From assembly GCF_964204645.1 (NCBI RefSeq), contig NC_134026.1, positions 29,174,150-29,238,149 of the forward strand: 64,000 bases of DNA. The letters are read 5' to 3'. Shown one piece after another: positions 26,501-40,100 of this stretch (positions are counted from its first letter, which is position 1; every line of letters starts with the position of its first letter). Below the pieces are notes generated by a model. The model made no database searches. It was not told the origin of the DNA and saw only the letters and a list, made by a program, of their open reading frames with translations. The position numbers and the translations under genes were made by a program. The stretch is from Tubulanus polymorphus (Eukaryota > Animalia > Nemertea).

Positions 26501-28050
26501 TGAAATGTGTAATAATCGAGAATCAGCTGGATGTTTCTGATTCACCGCTACGCTAACAACCTGACACTGATTACCATAACAACCAACTAATCCACCGTGA
26601 GAGCGGATTATTCGACATTTCGGAGATATTTCATCAATAGGGTAGAGCAATCCAGACCATTCAGCTTCATATCCACACCCACTGTCAATATAATAGCATA
26701 ATACATTGAGTGTGTACATATTCACGTCTTAACATTTTTTCACTGAGTATTTTGGACATTCCTGTCGATCTCATACCCATCACCCAAGCGTTTTGGACGT
26801 AGTTATGTCATAATTCTGTGCGATTAATTGAAACCTTGGGATAGTTGATTCCAAAAAATAATTCTAACCGTTATCATATATGAGATATAATATAGACTAG
26901 ATTAATGTCTCCGAAATACTGATGAAACTTACTTTGTGAAAATGACCTGGCAGAAATCTGACCACCTGATTAATACAGTGCTTACAGCCAGATGTGCATC
27001 AACATAGAATATACAACTAACCATACAACAGTTTCCTAATACCTACAAAATACATCATCAGATTACATTAAATCTCGATCCGAAGACAAGATCCAATCAA
27101 TTTCATTGATTTAACAAACCTGATTTTCATAGAAAGAAATCGTAACAGTCGTTTCTTTGAAATTGTTTTCGGGAATGTTGATTTCAGCGGGTGACTGAAC
27201 TCTAGTCCATAATCCTGGTACAGCATCGCTAGTTTGATTCACGCTGAATATATCTTCATCTCCATCAGAATTCAGTCGTTCCCAAACATAAAATTCACGA
27301 TTGTTCATTACGACGACGATCTTTGTTCCATCATTCGACACTTGAATTTTTGGACGGGTTATACCTGTAGATAAGAGTTTTAAGTTTTATTCAACATTGA
27401 ATAAACTCTACAAGCTCGAGGAAACATTCTCAGAATTTATTTTCTTTTTTTGTAAATATTGCGGGATTCCCTACGCATTTTAAAGAATTTGACCAAAAAC
27501 TCAAACGAAATTTCAGCAAACACAGACCTTTATTTTTGTCCGATGAACCGTACATCAGATTGCGAATACCATGAATAATTCTAAGCGCATCTTGATCTTT
27601 GCACCATAGGAATATTTCTCCAGAATGCAAGAGACCAATCAATATATTACCTGAAAATACCAGGGATAATGAGATAGAACCTACTGAACTCTTCATTCCA
27701 CGGCTCTTAAACAAGTGAAATGCTTCAGTTTGAAAATAATGTAGGCCCTACCATTTTTTGAATGGTTTGTAATCACAACTTCCAAAAACAGTTGATGAAG
27801 TTTTGGAATTTTGCGTTTGGTTTTTCCAGATGGAAGATAGAGCACACTCAATCTATGACTATCAATCATAAACAGAGTTTCAGTTTCCTGCAAAGACATA
27901 CAAAAATCTTATGAAGAAGGCAAAGCAGGGCTTGTCATCAGAAAAAAGTTCCTTTTTTTAATTAATTACCTGCCCTAACCAGGCAAATTGGGGCCATGGT
28001 TTCTTTCTTTTTATGGCCGTGGAAGCCAAAACTTCCAGCTTAAGCTTCAT
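11549..28050 (-). CDS. CPLANE1: Ciliogenesis and planar polarity effector 1 (C5orf42/JBTS17), very large multi-exon gene
   Basis: N-terminus MKLKLEVLASTAIKRKKPWPQFAWLGQ|ETETLF..LPSGKTKRKIPKL, then GEIFLWCKDQD, FSLTVHPRYPALLCSDGYMVT, YLLIAGLLPEAAWFANKVGDWK and ISKLLEWLTRW. C-terminus GSIMSVIDWDAVNMMIADV* matches recalled CPLANE1 motifs. Not all internal exon boundaries were resolved. Confidence 0.9.
17607..17935. mobile_element. MITE with 14-bp TIRs in a CPLANE1 intron (P- or hAT-like)
   Basis: catggttcccacag ... ctgtgggaaccatg. Flanks aggggtt and aggagtt form a 7-bp near-TSD. Subterminal ttccc repeats. Confidence 0.8.
20885..21013. mobile_element. Short Harbinger-like MITE in a CPLANE1 intron
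   Basis: cag|gggccagttgcatagtcatggcttag ... taagtcacgactgtacaactgggcc|cag, giving imperfect TIRs and a 3-bp CAG TSD. Confidence 0.75.
22916..23119. repeat. Intronic ~200-bp foldback element
   Basis: tgagcaaaacccacagttgatgatt...gacttaacttcatc..agagaaacaa pairs with ttgtttctctgatgaagttgagtc...aatcatcaactgttggttttgctca. Confidence 0.82.
24108..24390 (+). mobile_element. Degenerate tRNA-derived SINE, antisense in a CPLANE1 intron
   Basis: A-box-like ggtgagtggttaaagc and B-box-like gggtttcgaatt, followed by a ctctccaccacccagg core and an AT-rich tail. Confidence 0.55.
26300..26373. repeat. Minisatellite, 3 x 25 bp
   Basis: tgtagagctttg(g/a)aat(a/g)tcttattt repeated three times. Confidence 0.85.
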
Positions 28051-28559
28051 AATCAGTGCTTTAGAGCTTGCTAATTTTAAACGAAAAAAACAGATGTTTT
28101 GTTCATACGGTGTAATATTTTTTTAGTTGAATTGAACTTGATTTTCCGGCGGAGACAGTTATCTTACGTTTTATAAATAAATTAGACCCCCTCTGCAAAG
28201 AAGTCGTTCATTTTAAACATGGAAATTCTGAAAACTATTGGTTTCGCTGATTTTGTGACCGATTATTGCATGCATCGAGCGTTTTAAAGCGTAAAAAAGA
28301 AATATTTGACATTTTGTGTAGATGTTTATTCCGAATCTATTCGATTGGCTCCCACACCAACCCCACTTGTTTTCTTCTTAGATATTTGCCATTCAGATGC
28401 TAAACTTATAAGATTAACCATAACTTCACCAATTTCTGAAGATTTATTTCGTTTTAGTTACGCTACTCTTTTTTAAACCATATATCATGGTGTAAATTCG
28501 ATTTTTAAAATATTTGATTGTGAATTTCACAACAGAATACACCCTAGAGTGAACTATTT

Positions 28560-29180
28560 GACGGGAGATGGCGCTGTGAAACACGTGTGTTCCGGTTTCC
28601 CATCCAGGGCTTTGTTATGAAATGGTGGGTGTCTAAGCACAGCTCACTTGTTCGCGAGGACTCTAAAATTAGGTTCTCGTTTTTTCTCGAGTCCGTACGA
28701 TAGGTGATTCAGCCTCACTGGCTCTATTTGAAATTGAAAATCATGAATGAAAGTCTGAATGGTACTTTTTGCATTTATCCTGTGCAAAATTTCTTTTAGG
28801 TAAAGAAAATAGGTCTCAAAACAAACGCAACAAGTCACCCAAGTCACTCAGTCAAGATCAGAAATCGTAACTTCTATTTTTTGTCGTAAATTTATTCTAT
28901 TTCTAAATATCTTAACGTCATGAATATCATGACTCATTTCATGTCACCGCTTCGTTCTTAATTTCCAGTAATCACGTACTGCTTGAAGGTGAAGGTCACT
29001 ACTGTCACTCACATGCAGCATGATAGTAGAGTGGATGTAAACATTGCGGGAGAGTACACGCGAGACTCAGCTCTACTACACGTGCACACTGCATGGAAAT
29101 GGCCTTGAGAGCCGAGATATCACATGCACACATCTCTCTGATTGGTCGATTGGGACCAACCCATGTTCGCTGATTGGTTG
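28560..29180. promoter_or_regulatory. Divergent CPLANE1/KLF promoter region
   Basis: CTCF-like ggagatggcgctg at about 28564, E-boxes cacgtg at about 28582 and 29079, CCAAT boxes (ctgattgg) at about 29138 and 29170. Motif matches only. Confidence 0.45.
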
Positions 29181-29315
29181 AAACGACCCGGCCCTCATGA
29201 ATTGCTCTGATTTCTGTCTGCAATTTACTGAAAGTTTCACAATAATCACTGAGAGAGTGATCACACCCTGAGTGCTTTATGAAAAAAACAGAGTTGATAT
29301 CTCACGTATTAAACT

Positions 29316-31205
29316 ATGCCCGACGATTTTACAGATATAGACGCAATTTCACCTCAGAGAAACGCAGAAACGGTAAGTTGTACCTGTGCTGTTCAAACAT
29401 TTTTAGTGGTGTTTTTGTTTGTGAATTGTCGTCGTTGGTCGTACCCAGGGGAAAGAGAACCAGCTGGTCGAATCTCCCGAATAAGAATTATTGCTGTTTT
29501 TACGACTTCGTCAAAGAAATGATATAAATAGTGATAATTCGTTCTATTTACTTTTAACAGATTGATATGGAGACAAACATCAGTTTAAGAAGAAAACGTG
29601 TGAGATCCCCAAATGAATTCTGTGAGAAGTGTGAATACGACGCTGTCCAAACGTTGCTTACAATCGGACAAAGTTCTCCATCAAGGGAACCAGCTTCATA
29701 TGATGAATGGTTGCCTGCTGGACGACAACCTCTTCCATTGTTACCTCCATCTCCAGTGTCACCAGTCTCAGAATCACCCGTATCAGTGGTGGGATCAGAA
29801 TCCAAACTAGCCATGGTAAGTATCAGTCACGAAACTTTTGGATTTTTCATGTGTCAAACACTTCAGGGGAAAAAGAGTTTACATCACACTGGTCAAGGGT
29901 TAAAGAATGAATTTCATTCCTATGCAATGTTCTTCTCATTACAGTTGTTACAAGGAGGCAGTTCATCTCAGTTTTATAATTCCCCTCATAGTTCAACAAG
30001 CGATGATCAAATATCCATGGATTCTTTCTCATCAACTGATTCTCAAACTCAGCAGCAGCAGCCAGTTTCGCCTGTTCTATCAGAATCACTTCATCCAGCA
30101 GCTGAGAAATCGCGATCAGAATCAAAACTAGCCATGGTAAATATTGAAGTTATATGCATTTCAGGGGTAGATCCAACTGGGGGCACCAAACGCTGTTTTA
30201 GTTTTCTTTCTGATACATGCGCCCTGCTGCTTTACCTACATCTGCCACTGCAAATTCCAATTTGAATTTGTACCTAAAGCTAATATGTTCTCATTACAGT
30301 TGTTACAAGGGGGCAGTTCATCTCAGTTTTATAATCAGCGCCCTCATTATTCCACAAGTGGCAATCAAACATCAACTGAAACTCAAACCCAGCAGCAGCA
30401 GCAGCAGCAGCATTCTCCAAGCTGTTCATCACCAGGAATCGTTAGTTTTCAATCATCGATGACTTCTACTATGACTAAATCAGCGAAATCGGTAAATTCT
30501 TGCATTCCGTCAGCTACAATTCAGCCTTCAACGAGACTCGATCAGCAGCAGGTGTCACCTGCACCAGCACCGGTTATGATACCAATGAAACCTGATGCGC
30601 TACATGTGGACAATGCTAACATCGTACCATTGACATTTACGAACATTAATGGTCTTTTAGTGCCATCAACGACTCCGATTTTACAAGTGATCGTTCAAGT
30701 TACTCAAAACGTCTCTCCATCATCATCCGATAGCAATAAACTAGCCGCGATCGCTCCAGCTCCGGCCGGGTATTATACAAATACCTCCGGTCAGAACTCT
30801 AATAACAACAATAACAATAGCAATATAATTAATGACTTAACCGTGAGGCATAGGAACCACGTGTGTCCATATCCGGATTGCAATAGAACTTATCTGAAAA
30901 GTTCTCATTTGAAAGCTCATATCCGCACACACACCGGTGAACGTCCGTATATCTGCGACTGGACAAACTGTTGTCGATCGTTCGCCCGGTCTGATGAGCT
31001 GTCGCGTCATAAACGCACCCATACCGGCGAAAAAAGATTCGAATGTCGAATTTGTCAACGAAAGTTCATGCGAAGCGATCACCTCGCGAAACACGCTAAA
31101 AGACACGTAATAACGACGAGACCTCGAAACGGTGTTCATAACTTACAGTTAGAATTAGCGGAGTTAAACAAACAAATCGTTTCAAAAACACCGGTTCTTG
31201 TTTAA
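29316..31205 (+). CDS. Kruppel-like factor of the KLF10/11 (cabut-like) group; exons 29316-29372, 29561-29815, 29945-30136, 30300-31205
   Basis: Three C2H2 fingers: [50 protein letters not shown] and [14 protein letters not shown]. Sin3-interaction-like [11 protein letters not shown] and AAIAPAP motifs. All introns are phase 0 GT-AG. Confidence 0.88.
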
Positions 31206-32262
31206 AAACTGAAGTGTTTCTTTCATGTTTATATAGTGAACAGGTTCCCACTCAAAGTGTAGCTTCCACAAATCCAAGATCTTTAATAGGATTATAATTT
31301 GTGAATCAAACTTGTAGAATAGATACACTGTGATAGTAAATAGAAGTGGCATTATCTTTTGTGCTTAGAACCTTTAATAATAATGTGAGGTCCTTAAAAA
31401 CTAATTGATATCTATATAATGTTGTCTTGTGACGAACCTTGTAATAAATCCGAGTTATATATTCACCATATGTGTTCATTAATCTACAGAACATACTCTG
31501 TATGTATTCACCATATTTATTATAATTTTTTAAATGAATCGTATTATTATTGTACGCATAAGAATAATAAATACCATTAATATAATGAACTTTCTTTGAT
31601 CTCTTAAGTCATCTTCAAGTACAGTCAATAGGGCAGTTAGAATTTTATGCCATAAATGTTGATTTGACCATGAACTCGCAAACTAATTCGTTTTAGTCTA
31701 GTGTCCATGATTTGACTATGACAGTGATGAGAGGAATGACTAATTGCAAGGTTCATCATCAGTCATTAAACATTTTGGAATGGGATGTGGTCAATTCCAG
31801 GCATTGAAATGGACTTGATAGAAGAATGTCATAATTGTCATCTGCAGATCTATCCAAGTTCACTGGCACAGCTCTAAATATTCTGATTTTAAAAGTGCCC
31901 AGAAATGGAAGATTTCTGGATTCCTGGCTTAAGCATTGATCACGGTTTTATATAATTCCTTGAATCGGAGTCAAAAAGTCCTTTATTAAATTGGTCATGA
32001 ACCCTGTAATTGTATATCAGATAAAGAAACTTTTGCGTTCGATTTTAAAAAATAATACCAATAATTTATTTTCAGAATATATATACCTTAAAACTTGATC
32101 AGTTGAAACATTATCACTTGATTGAGATCAGAGAACATTCTGATAGATAAAAACATTTCCAACTGCTGCTTGTATTGATGCTGAGGTAGTTATTGCGGTT
32201 ACTGATTTTGATCCAAAATGCATAAATCCATGATTAAAGTCCCAGCAAATAAATCCATGATT

Positions 32263-35088
32263 TCAATTAAACAAGTTAGTTTGTACCGGACGTTTCTCTA
32301 ATGCTGATATTTCGCGATAAAATCTTAAAACATCCGGATTTGCGCGAACGCAACTTTTCTCGAAGTCTATGATTCGTAATCCTTGTAAGCTGCGAGCACG
32401 AGACAACGCGACGTAAGCCTGACCGAATTCAAACACCCGAGACAATGAGATCTCGACACAATCTAAAGTCATACCCTGAAATAGTTGAAAAAAAAAGAAA
32501 CATGAAATAATATATCATTTATTTCATTGATACTCCCGACTCTACATGGATCTTATGCGCTTACCTGACTTTTATGAATTGAAATTGCCCAAGCAAGTTT
32601 TAGAGGTAATTGTCTACGATTGATGTATGCCCCTCCACCGGCCTTGAACGTCCATCTCTCCGGTTTTATCACCTCATTCTTCGCTCCACAGATGAAATTT
32701 ACAATTGGTAAACCTAAAAACAATAAATTTCATAGACAACGAGACGCATCAAATTGATTACTTAAACACTGTTTATCTGATGACGACACTTACCAAAATC
32801 ACCAGCTTCGAATGAAGTGATAACACCTCTGGATCCATTGACTAGACCACGACTTACATCTAGATTCTTAGTAAGCATTACCTACAGAACGGGCAAACAA
32901 CATTAAAATCAAAATATATCTAATAAGTAATCAGTCTAGAGTAAATCTGTCCACAAACCTGAGTTCCTACTTTTAGCACCAATTTTTCCGGCACAGGGCT
33001 CAAGTTATTTATAACTTTAGACAACTCTGGATGACTGTCTGTTGCCTCATACGTTCTACTAGAACCTGAAAATAATCAATTTCAGTTTTAATACTCTATA
33101 TAACGTGAAATATAGTTCTATTGAAAATACTAATTAATTTACCTTTTAATTTATCCAGCTGCAGCTGATTGGTTATGTTCACATCTTCTTTATGAGTACA
33201 CAATCTAGTAGCCAGAATACCATCTTTATCGATAGTATGATTAGCTGTATTTGTCAGAATTTCTACTATATTTTCATAACACCTGCAACGTAAATACCAT
33301 AGAAATCACCGATATGAACAGATGTTACTATAAAGACTAATGTCAGTAATTATATTACCTGCCAAATCGAACGTTTTGTAAAATTTGAATGAATTTTTGA
33401 TCGGATTGTCGTTTGACTTCGGTCAATTCAAAATTCACCTCAACACATTTACGCCAAGCTTTCGACTACAAAATAAAGAATTATGTACGGTGCAAACGTC
33501 CAAAAATTGTAAATTCTCTGAATGCGTTCGCGTATAACGAACCTGAAAGCAGAATTTTCTCTTCTTATTGTCTTTGCTAACAGGAGGTAACTGCAGAAAA
33601 TCACCGCATAATATCAGCTGTATGCCTCCAAATGGTTTATCGTTCTTTTTCACAATTCTATAAATGAAAATCATTTTCAGGTAAACTAGAAATACTTCAA
33701 ATATGTCGAATTAGCGCACATTTACGAACCTTGCAATAACTTCCAATTTATCGAAGAATTCTCCATCAACCATTGATATCTCATCAATTATAAGGTGATG
33801 GCATTTTCTCCATTGTTGAGCCACAGCCGGTCTCGACGCTAACTCTACGCATTGTTGTAATGCAGCAGTTCCAGATCCTATTCCTGTCAGGAAAATATAA
33901 ATAATATCGTTTATGCGTGTATATCACGGATATTAATACAATGGAATTAGAATATACGACTGACCAGCGAATGCGTGAAGAGTTGTTCCTCCGATGTGAC
34001 AAGCAGCCACGCCTGTACTAGCAGTAGCTACTGTATGCTGAGGAGGTAACGCTCCTAGAAATATAAAATATATTTCAATTTTATCGATTACATCTCATCG
34101 AAATGAGCAGGTATTTCATCGAGATAAAAAATTTCTTACCGATAATCTTCTTCAAGAGAAATGATTTCCCAGTGCCTGCACTTCCGGTAAAAAATATGTT
34201 GTTTCCACTTTTTATTAAATCTAGAACCTTCAATTGTTCTTTTGTAAGAGCAGCCATTTGTAAGAGTGGTTTTTGAGTTGGAGACAAGAACTTTCTCTTC
34301 TTCTGCAACTTAGCCTGGAAAACAGGTGGCATAACTTGTGTCAACAAGGGGCCATTATTTTGTTTTTAATATTCAACCCCCGTGTATCGTTTGCCCTTTT
34401 AAAAGCACAATGTATACCTATATGACATAGAAACTAGGATTTTTAGTCAGAATTCGCTCATTTTCCCTGTAGAGCAGAATGAATCTGGAATTCCCTGATC
34501 TGTAAGAAGCTAATGAAATGAAATATATAATCTTACAATTCCGGGATTTTCTTTTTCGTCATCTCCGGCGCGTTTCCGCTTCACCAATGCTTTACCCTTC
34601 GGAGTAAACAACGCAGCCTCTGCCGCTTTACTGGCGGGACTGTTTCCTTTCTTCAGATCACCGATAGTTAACGGACTGATTTCTTGGAACACGCGGTTTG
34701 TTTCCGGCAGCAGGCGTTTCCTATCGCTCACGAATCCTTTTTTCTTCAGACATTCGTGTTTTGTGGACAAAGTCTTCAGAAATAACATTAAACGATGCGG
34801 TGGACAATTAGAAAGCATGAATTGTACTTTATGGTCGGCTAATCGAATTGTTGCTTTACCATCTCGCGCAAACTTTTTATGTAAAACTAATTGTTTAATG
34901 TGGTACTTCAATAATTTGTTGCCCAGTTGAACTTTCATTACTATTTCGTTATTTTCATTCCTTCCGAGGACGAGGGAAGCATTTCTGTGAATGGATTTTT
35001 TCTGCACTTCGCCAGTTGAAGTAAGTGTCTCGTGAGATGCTGTACATTCCAATACCCCTGATTCATTTCCAAATGAACCCGCCTCCAT
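32263..35088 (-). CDS. PIF1: ATP-dependent DNA helicase PIF1
   Basis: N-terminal PINT domain ([13 protein letters not shown]), Walker [51 protein letters not shown]|GMTLD and [13 protein letters not shown]. Intron-rich host gene, not Helitron-borne. Confidence 0.96.
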
Positions 35089-35697
35089 GACTGACTCTTG
35101 TCTCTGAATGAAGAAGGAAAAGTGAAAATAAATGTATTGAATTATTGTTTTTGACTGATAATGGATTTGAAAGTTCCAAAAATCCATTCTCAGACATGAC
35201 AGAAATTCGGAATGCGAGCAATCACGTGTAAACTATCAATACAGTCAATTTCAAGTGATAATTTTCATGTTTTCTCTAAATTTTTTACCTTTTAGTAGAC
35301 TTTTTTCGAAATAAACAATTCAAAATCGGAACCTTTTCGACTTTACCGCCACCTATGAAGCGCTGAACTATATCGCGGACGCTGGACTTTCACTATTTCG
35401 CGGACGCAAGACTCACACGGATTTAGAGGCACTTATAAAATATACAAAATTTAATATTTCTGCTCACTCGGACATGCTAACTTGTTGACATATAGCTCAT
35501 GAAATTAGTTTAGAGGTGAGTTCTCACTTTTACCTTTGAGTTTTGAGTTTTTTAAACGAATAATCATTCAAAAAGCCGATAATTCTGTCATTCATGAACT
35601 CAATTTAAATTATTTTATTGGTTTTGACAATACAAAATGTTACGATGTTTTTTATTTTAGTTAATTCGGGTCATTCTTGATAATATTCTCATATCAA

Positions 35698-36749
35698 ATG
35701 ACATCATTCGGTTGGAAACGCAAAATAGGAGATAAAGTGTCGCAAGATGCAGCAGCAAAGTTCTCTCAAGAATCAAAGAGTGATTTGATAAATGAGACAG
35801 CAAGTGTTTTACATGATGGTGATCTGGCCGTTTTCAATCCTAAATACAGACGTATCCAATTAGAAGATGCAGCTGCTAAAAGTCATAGATTGAAACAAGA
35901 AGGGACAACATTAGCCGATGCAGAAAGGTTTTCTATTTGTCATGTTTTTGTTTATCGTGGAGGTATCAGTTATACAAAAGATATCCTATCTCAAATGGTT
36001 TTTATTTGACAGGTATTGGGAGGCTGTGAAAAGATGGGACGCAGCAATTCAACTCAATCCAAATGATGAAACACTGCACGAAATGAAAGCACAGGTAAAA
36101 TCACTCCGTACATGTTACTTAAACTCTTGATAAGTCTTGATTTCATTTTAGATGTTGATCTGATTTTACAGGCATTGTTGATTTTACATGAGGTATATCC
36201 AGCAGTTGAGGCAGCTTCAAAAGCCATCCAGCTCAATCCGAGATGGTGGATCGGATATCAGACATTAGGACGAGTCCATTTGGGAATTGGTGAAGTTAGA
36301 ATGGTAAATCATTTTAGAAATAAGATTTTCAATAAAAGTCTGTCCAATTTACGATTACAGCAATTGCTATAAATTCAATATTTGATTTTCAGGCTATCAA
36401 GTCGTTTTCAAAAGCAGTTCACATAAAACCCGATGATTCAGAATTATGGAACGAGGATTTATTGTGGGCGTGTAGTTTACTAAAACAAAAACAGAAACCT
36501 GAGGACGAACAGAATCAACAGATAAATGAAAACAAACTGACGATCACAGAAATTAGTGATAGCAACTCACATGATAATTCATGTGGTGGGAATTTACTTC
36601 GTGACGCTGTGAACAGCAGCAGTGAAGAAGACACTGTTCAACAACAAACATTTGTCAGTTGTACGAGTAAATTAAAGAAAAGCGTGCAACCACCGATTGA
36701 AAAGACTGGTCACATGCCGAAAGGATATGTTTTAATGCGAGATAAATAG
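35698..36749 (+). CDS. TTC33: Tetratricopeptide repeat protein 33
   Basis: MTSFGWKRKIGDKVS, AKSHRLKQEGTTLADAE|RYWEAVKRWDAAIQLNP, AIQLNPRWWIGYQTLGRVHLGIGEV and AVHIKPDDSELWNEDLLWA. Confidence 0.92.
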
Positions 36750-37105
36750 GAATATTAGAATGAGAGTGGAAATCTGTTCACACTTTATCAACTATGAATT
36801 AGAATTTTGGATCTTACATGAACCCTTGTTAATGAATGAACGAAAGAAGTATGTGAATGAATGATTTATCAAAATCTTTATTTACATACAATTTAAAACA
36901 AAATGCATCAATGTTTACAATGTATTTTCTCATTTTATTCACAATTCCAGTAAAATAAATTGTATAATCAATACTGTCATGTTGACTGAGCGTTTAAAAT
37001 GCGCCATTTGTATATAAACGTTATTGGTGATTAGATATTTCTAGCTTGTTACAAATAAATGAACATTTATACGGAACATGATTTTGTCATGATTGTTTGA
37101 TTTTA

Positions 37106-40100
37106 TCACTGATCACATTTCGCCCAACGACAGCGGTGGAAACCTGCTCCAGACTGATCCTGATAACATTCACAAACTCTGCACCAACTGATCTGCGGTG
37201 TAAGCTGGTTATAAATCTGTCCACCGATGGAATTATAAGTTTGACGACGCCCACGTCCTTGTAGTTTATTGATGTTAAAAACTGCTCCTTCTGTTCCTTG
37301 TGCCGTTTTGGCATAATCGCCCTAAAATCAATGATTAAACCATAATGAATGGTCGTTAAGTTATAAAAATCAATTGCGATAAAAACTCATTTTTGTCTAG
37401 TTTACTTTAGGAAATCGTCGCAGGTATGCGGTATGTTTCCCAGATGCACGCTTGCTGTTGCTTATGATGGCTTTGTTGAAGTTGACACCAATTGTTTTAG
37501 CACCGTGTAGTTCCGGATAAGGCGCGATCACTGTCAACATTATACTGTTATTCACCAGCGCCGATTTAGCTTCGAGAGGATTAGCCAAAACATGTCGCAC
37601 CTTAAAACAAAAATATATCTACGTAATTTCATATATTCTATAACATTTGTGGCATGTTTTATTAACGACCATGTGATAGAATATCTTACACGTCTTTCTG
37701 CCTCAGTAATCAGTATCACACTACGAGATGAATGCTCTCTGAATGGATAATCAGCTGTTTTCAGCAAGGCAACAATTCCGTCTCCTGGTAATCGACTATC
37801 TCGTCTAATACGTGAAACAGCAGACTCCAGCTCTCGCTGATTACCAAAATATTTACTGAAATTCAAATTAAACACGTAATATGAATGTTACATTAACGTT
37901 TTATACATCCTGGCATTACACAGAATCCTACCCATTAAGTGTATGAACGTGACTCCAAGTAGATCCAGACTCGCTACTTCCATAACTGACCAGACCCCAG
38001 TTTATCCTCGAATAAGTGGCACTTTCTAGCTGTTGCTGTATTTGGATGACGAGACTGTTCACAATTGAAGAGATATCTCGTGTTCGATTGTAGTTAGAAT
38101 ATTCATCAATAACAAACACTACATCTGCTGCTTTCTTGATATTTACCGGCCATTTATCACCGACTGCATGTTCCCCTACGCATTTAGCTGCAAAAGAAAC
38201 AATTCAATCACGAAGCCTCAATCATGAACTTGTCCTAAATATGAATTTTGAAAAGAATAATACTTACAACACGTTAAAGGCAATTGGATTCTTACTCCTT
38301 TGTACGAACACGCAGTTACATACGCTGAATATATGTTACACACATGTGGTTCAACTCGATCAAACTCACAGGATTTACTGGTGATGTCACAGGATTTCTG
38401 AAGTCAGTTATTAAATAGATATCAAACGGAAATGAAACGTTTCCCGTTCTGTTCATATTATAGTGTCCTACTCACTTTGAAACTTGTAGGATCAACTTTA
38501 TCGAAGCAGCGTGCAAATGGGGAATCTTCATCTTGTAATAATTTCTGACACATAACCGCTATTTGCCGATCGCAATTCTTCCATGTTGGTGCTGATCGAT
38601 TGTAATCGTCGTGATAACGACATTCCGGTAATCCTGTGATTTCATACGAGTTCAGGAATTCTGGGATATTCCACGTTGTTCGACCATCTCGTTTACGAAA
38701 ATCAGTCGTTATCTACATACATAAATAACGGTTTGATTATCACTCATTGCAACACTCTCAACGAGGCGACAAAACTTCTTACACTTACTTCATTGTCGTT
38801 TGTTCCTAGAAGTCCCAGAGTATGATTTTGGTACCAACCACTGATATTTACGGCGCACAGAAAGTTATGCGAATCACACATGATACTGTAGCCATAAATA
38901 GTATCGACAGTAACCTGATGTCTATTGACTGTAACTTGAACATTTTCATTCCAACTTTTGATCGGGAGATCGCTAGAAATTGTCAAGAATTTAAAGTTAC
39001 ATTTGAATCTGTACAACTAGTACTTTCAAGTGTGTAATATGACTTATACTCTTGTTCACTCGTGCACCTGTATGAATCAGTATTGTTGATAAGAACATGG
39101 TTTTTCTCATCTATAGTTACAGCTATGTCTGGTGTGAGGACGGTTATCGTTAATTTTGTGCTCAATATGGTGAAATTGCGATCAATGAAATCCCTTGCCA
39201 GTAAATATGCACAATCGTCAGAAAGATATCCTAAAACCACAAAAACAAATTTAAAAGTACAGTTTTAAAATGTCATTTAGTAACAAAATTCTATTTCAGC
39301 TGCAACACACCTTGATGTTCGTATAGAAGTCCATCGAAAGTGTAAACATGACCAGTGCCAAAAATAAGCGCAGTGTATGGATCTGGTTTGTAGTTTTCTA
39401 CAACTTCAACTCCAGACTGACTAAGTTTTCGCAGTGTTGAGATGACGTGGTTTAGTAGAAACTTCTGTGAAATTGTAAGTCTTGGCATTTTCTAGAATGT
39501 TAAAGCTTGACATTCTATCATCTAAATAGGTACCATAGTTACAAATTATGCACATGTAAATATGAAGTAGAAACTTACATCGAAATCGTCCCATTCAAAT
39601 GGTTGTTGAATTGCGATTGAATATACTGTGTTATCGGTATTCGCAGAATTCTTCATGCTTTCTTTAATTTGCCAAGACAAAAGGTGTTTCTTAAGCGTTA
39701 TGATTCCTATCAATTTGTGCACCAAACCTACATATTATTGTACAGGGACAGTTTGTTAGTGATTGCATACATGTAAGTATTCTTTCAACTATGAACTTGC
39801 AATAGCTTTTACCTGAAGTATTCACGTTTGTTTTTATGATGTTGAAGATGGTATTAACAGCATGGAAAAAATAACTTGTCACAAACATCTGATCTGTGGT
39901 GAAAGACTTAAGAATTCTATTGGCTACATGATGTGCAAACTCGACTGGTGGCTACAATATAAACATCGTTAGTCAGTCATAAGACATAATGAGATAATGA
40001 AAAATAAGTCATAAAATCTATGCTATTCGTACCAAATTATCAACATTCGTTCGGCGAAACTCAAAGAAGTGAGCAATTGATTTCCACCCTGCTTTACTGG

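Noticed and set aside
32263-35088. Helitron-encoded PIF1 helicase
   Set aside because: It has the host PINT domain and many introns, with no HUH/Rep domain or Helitron termini.
37087-37314. ORF-track peptide MPKRHKEQ... as the lipoprotein C-terminus
   Set aside because: Wrong frame; the splice phase gives GDYAKTAQG...CRVCEC, ending at 37106.
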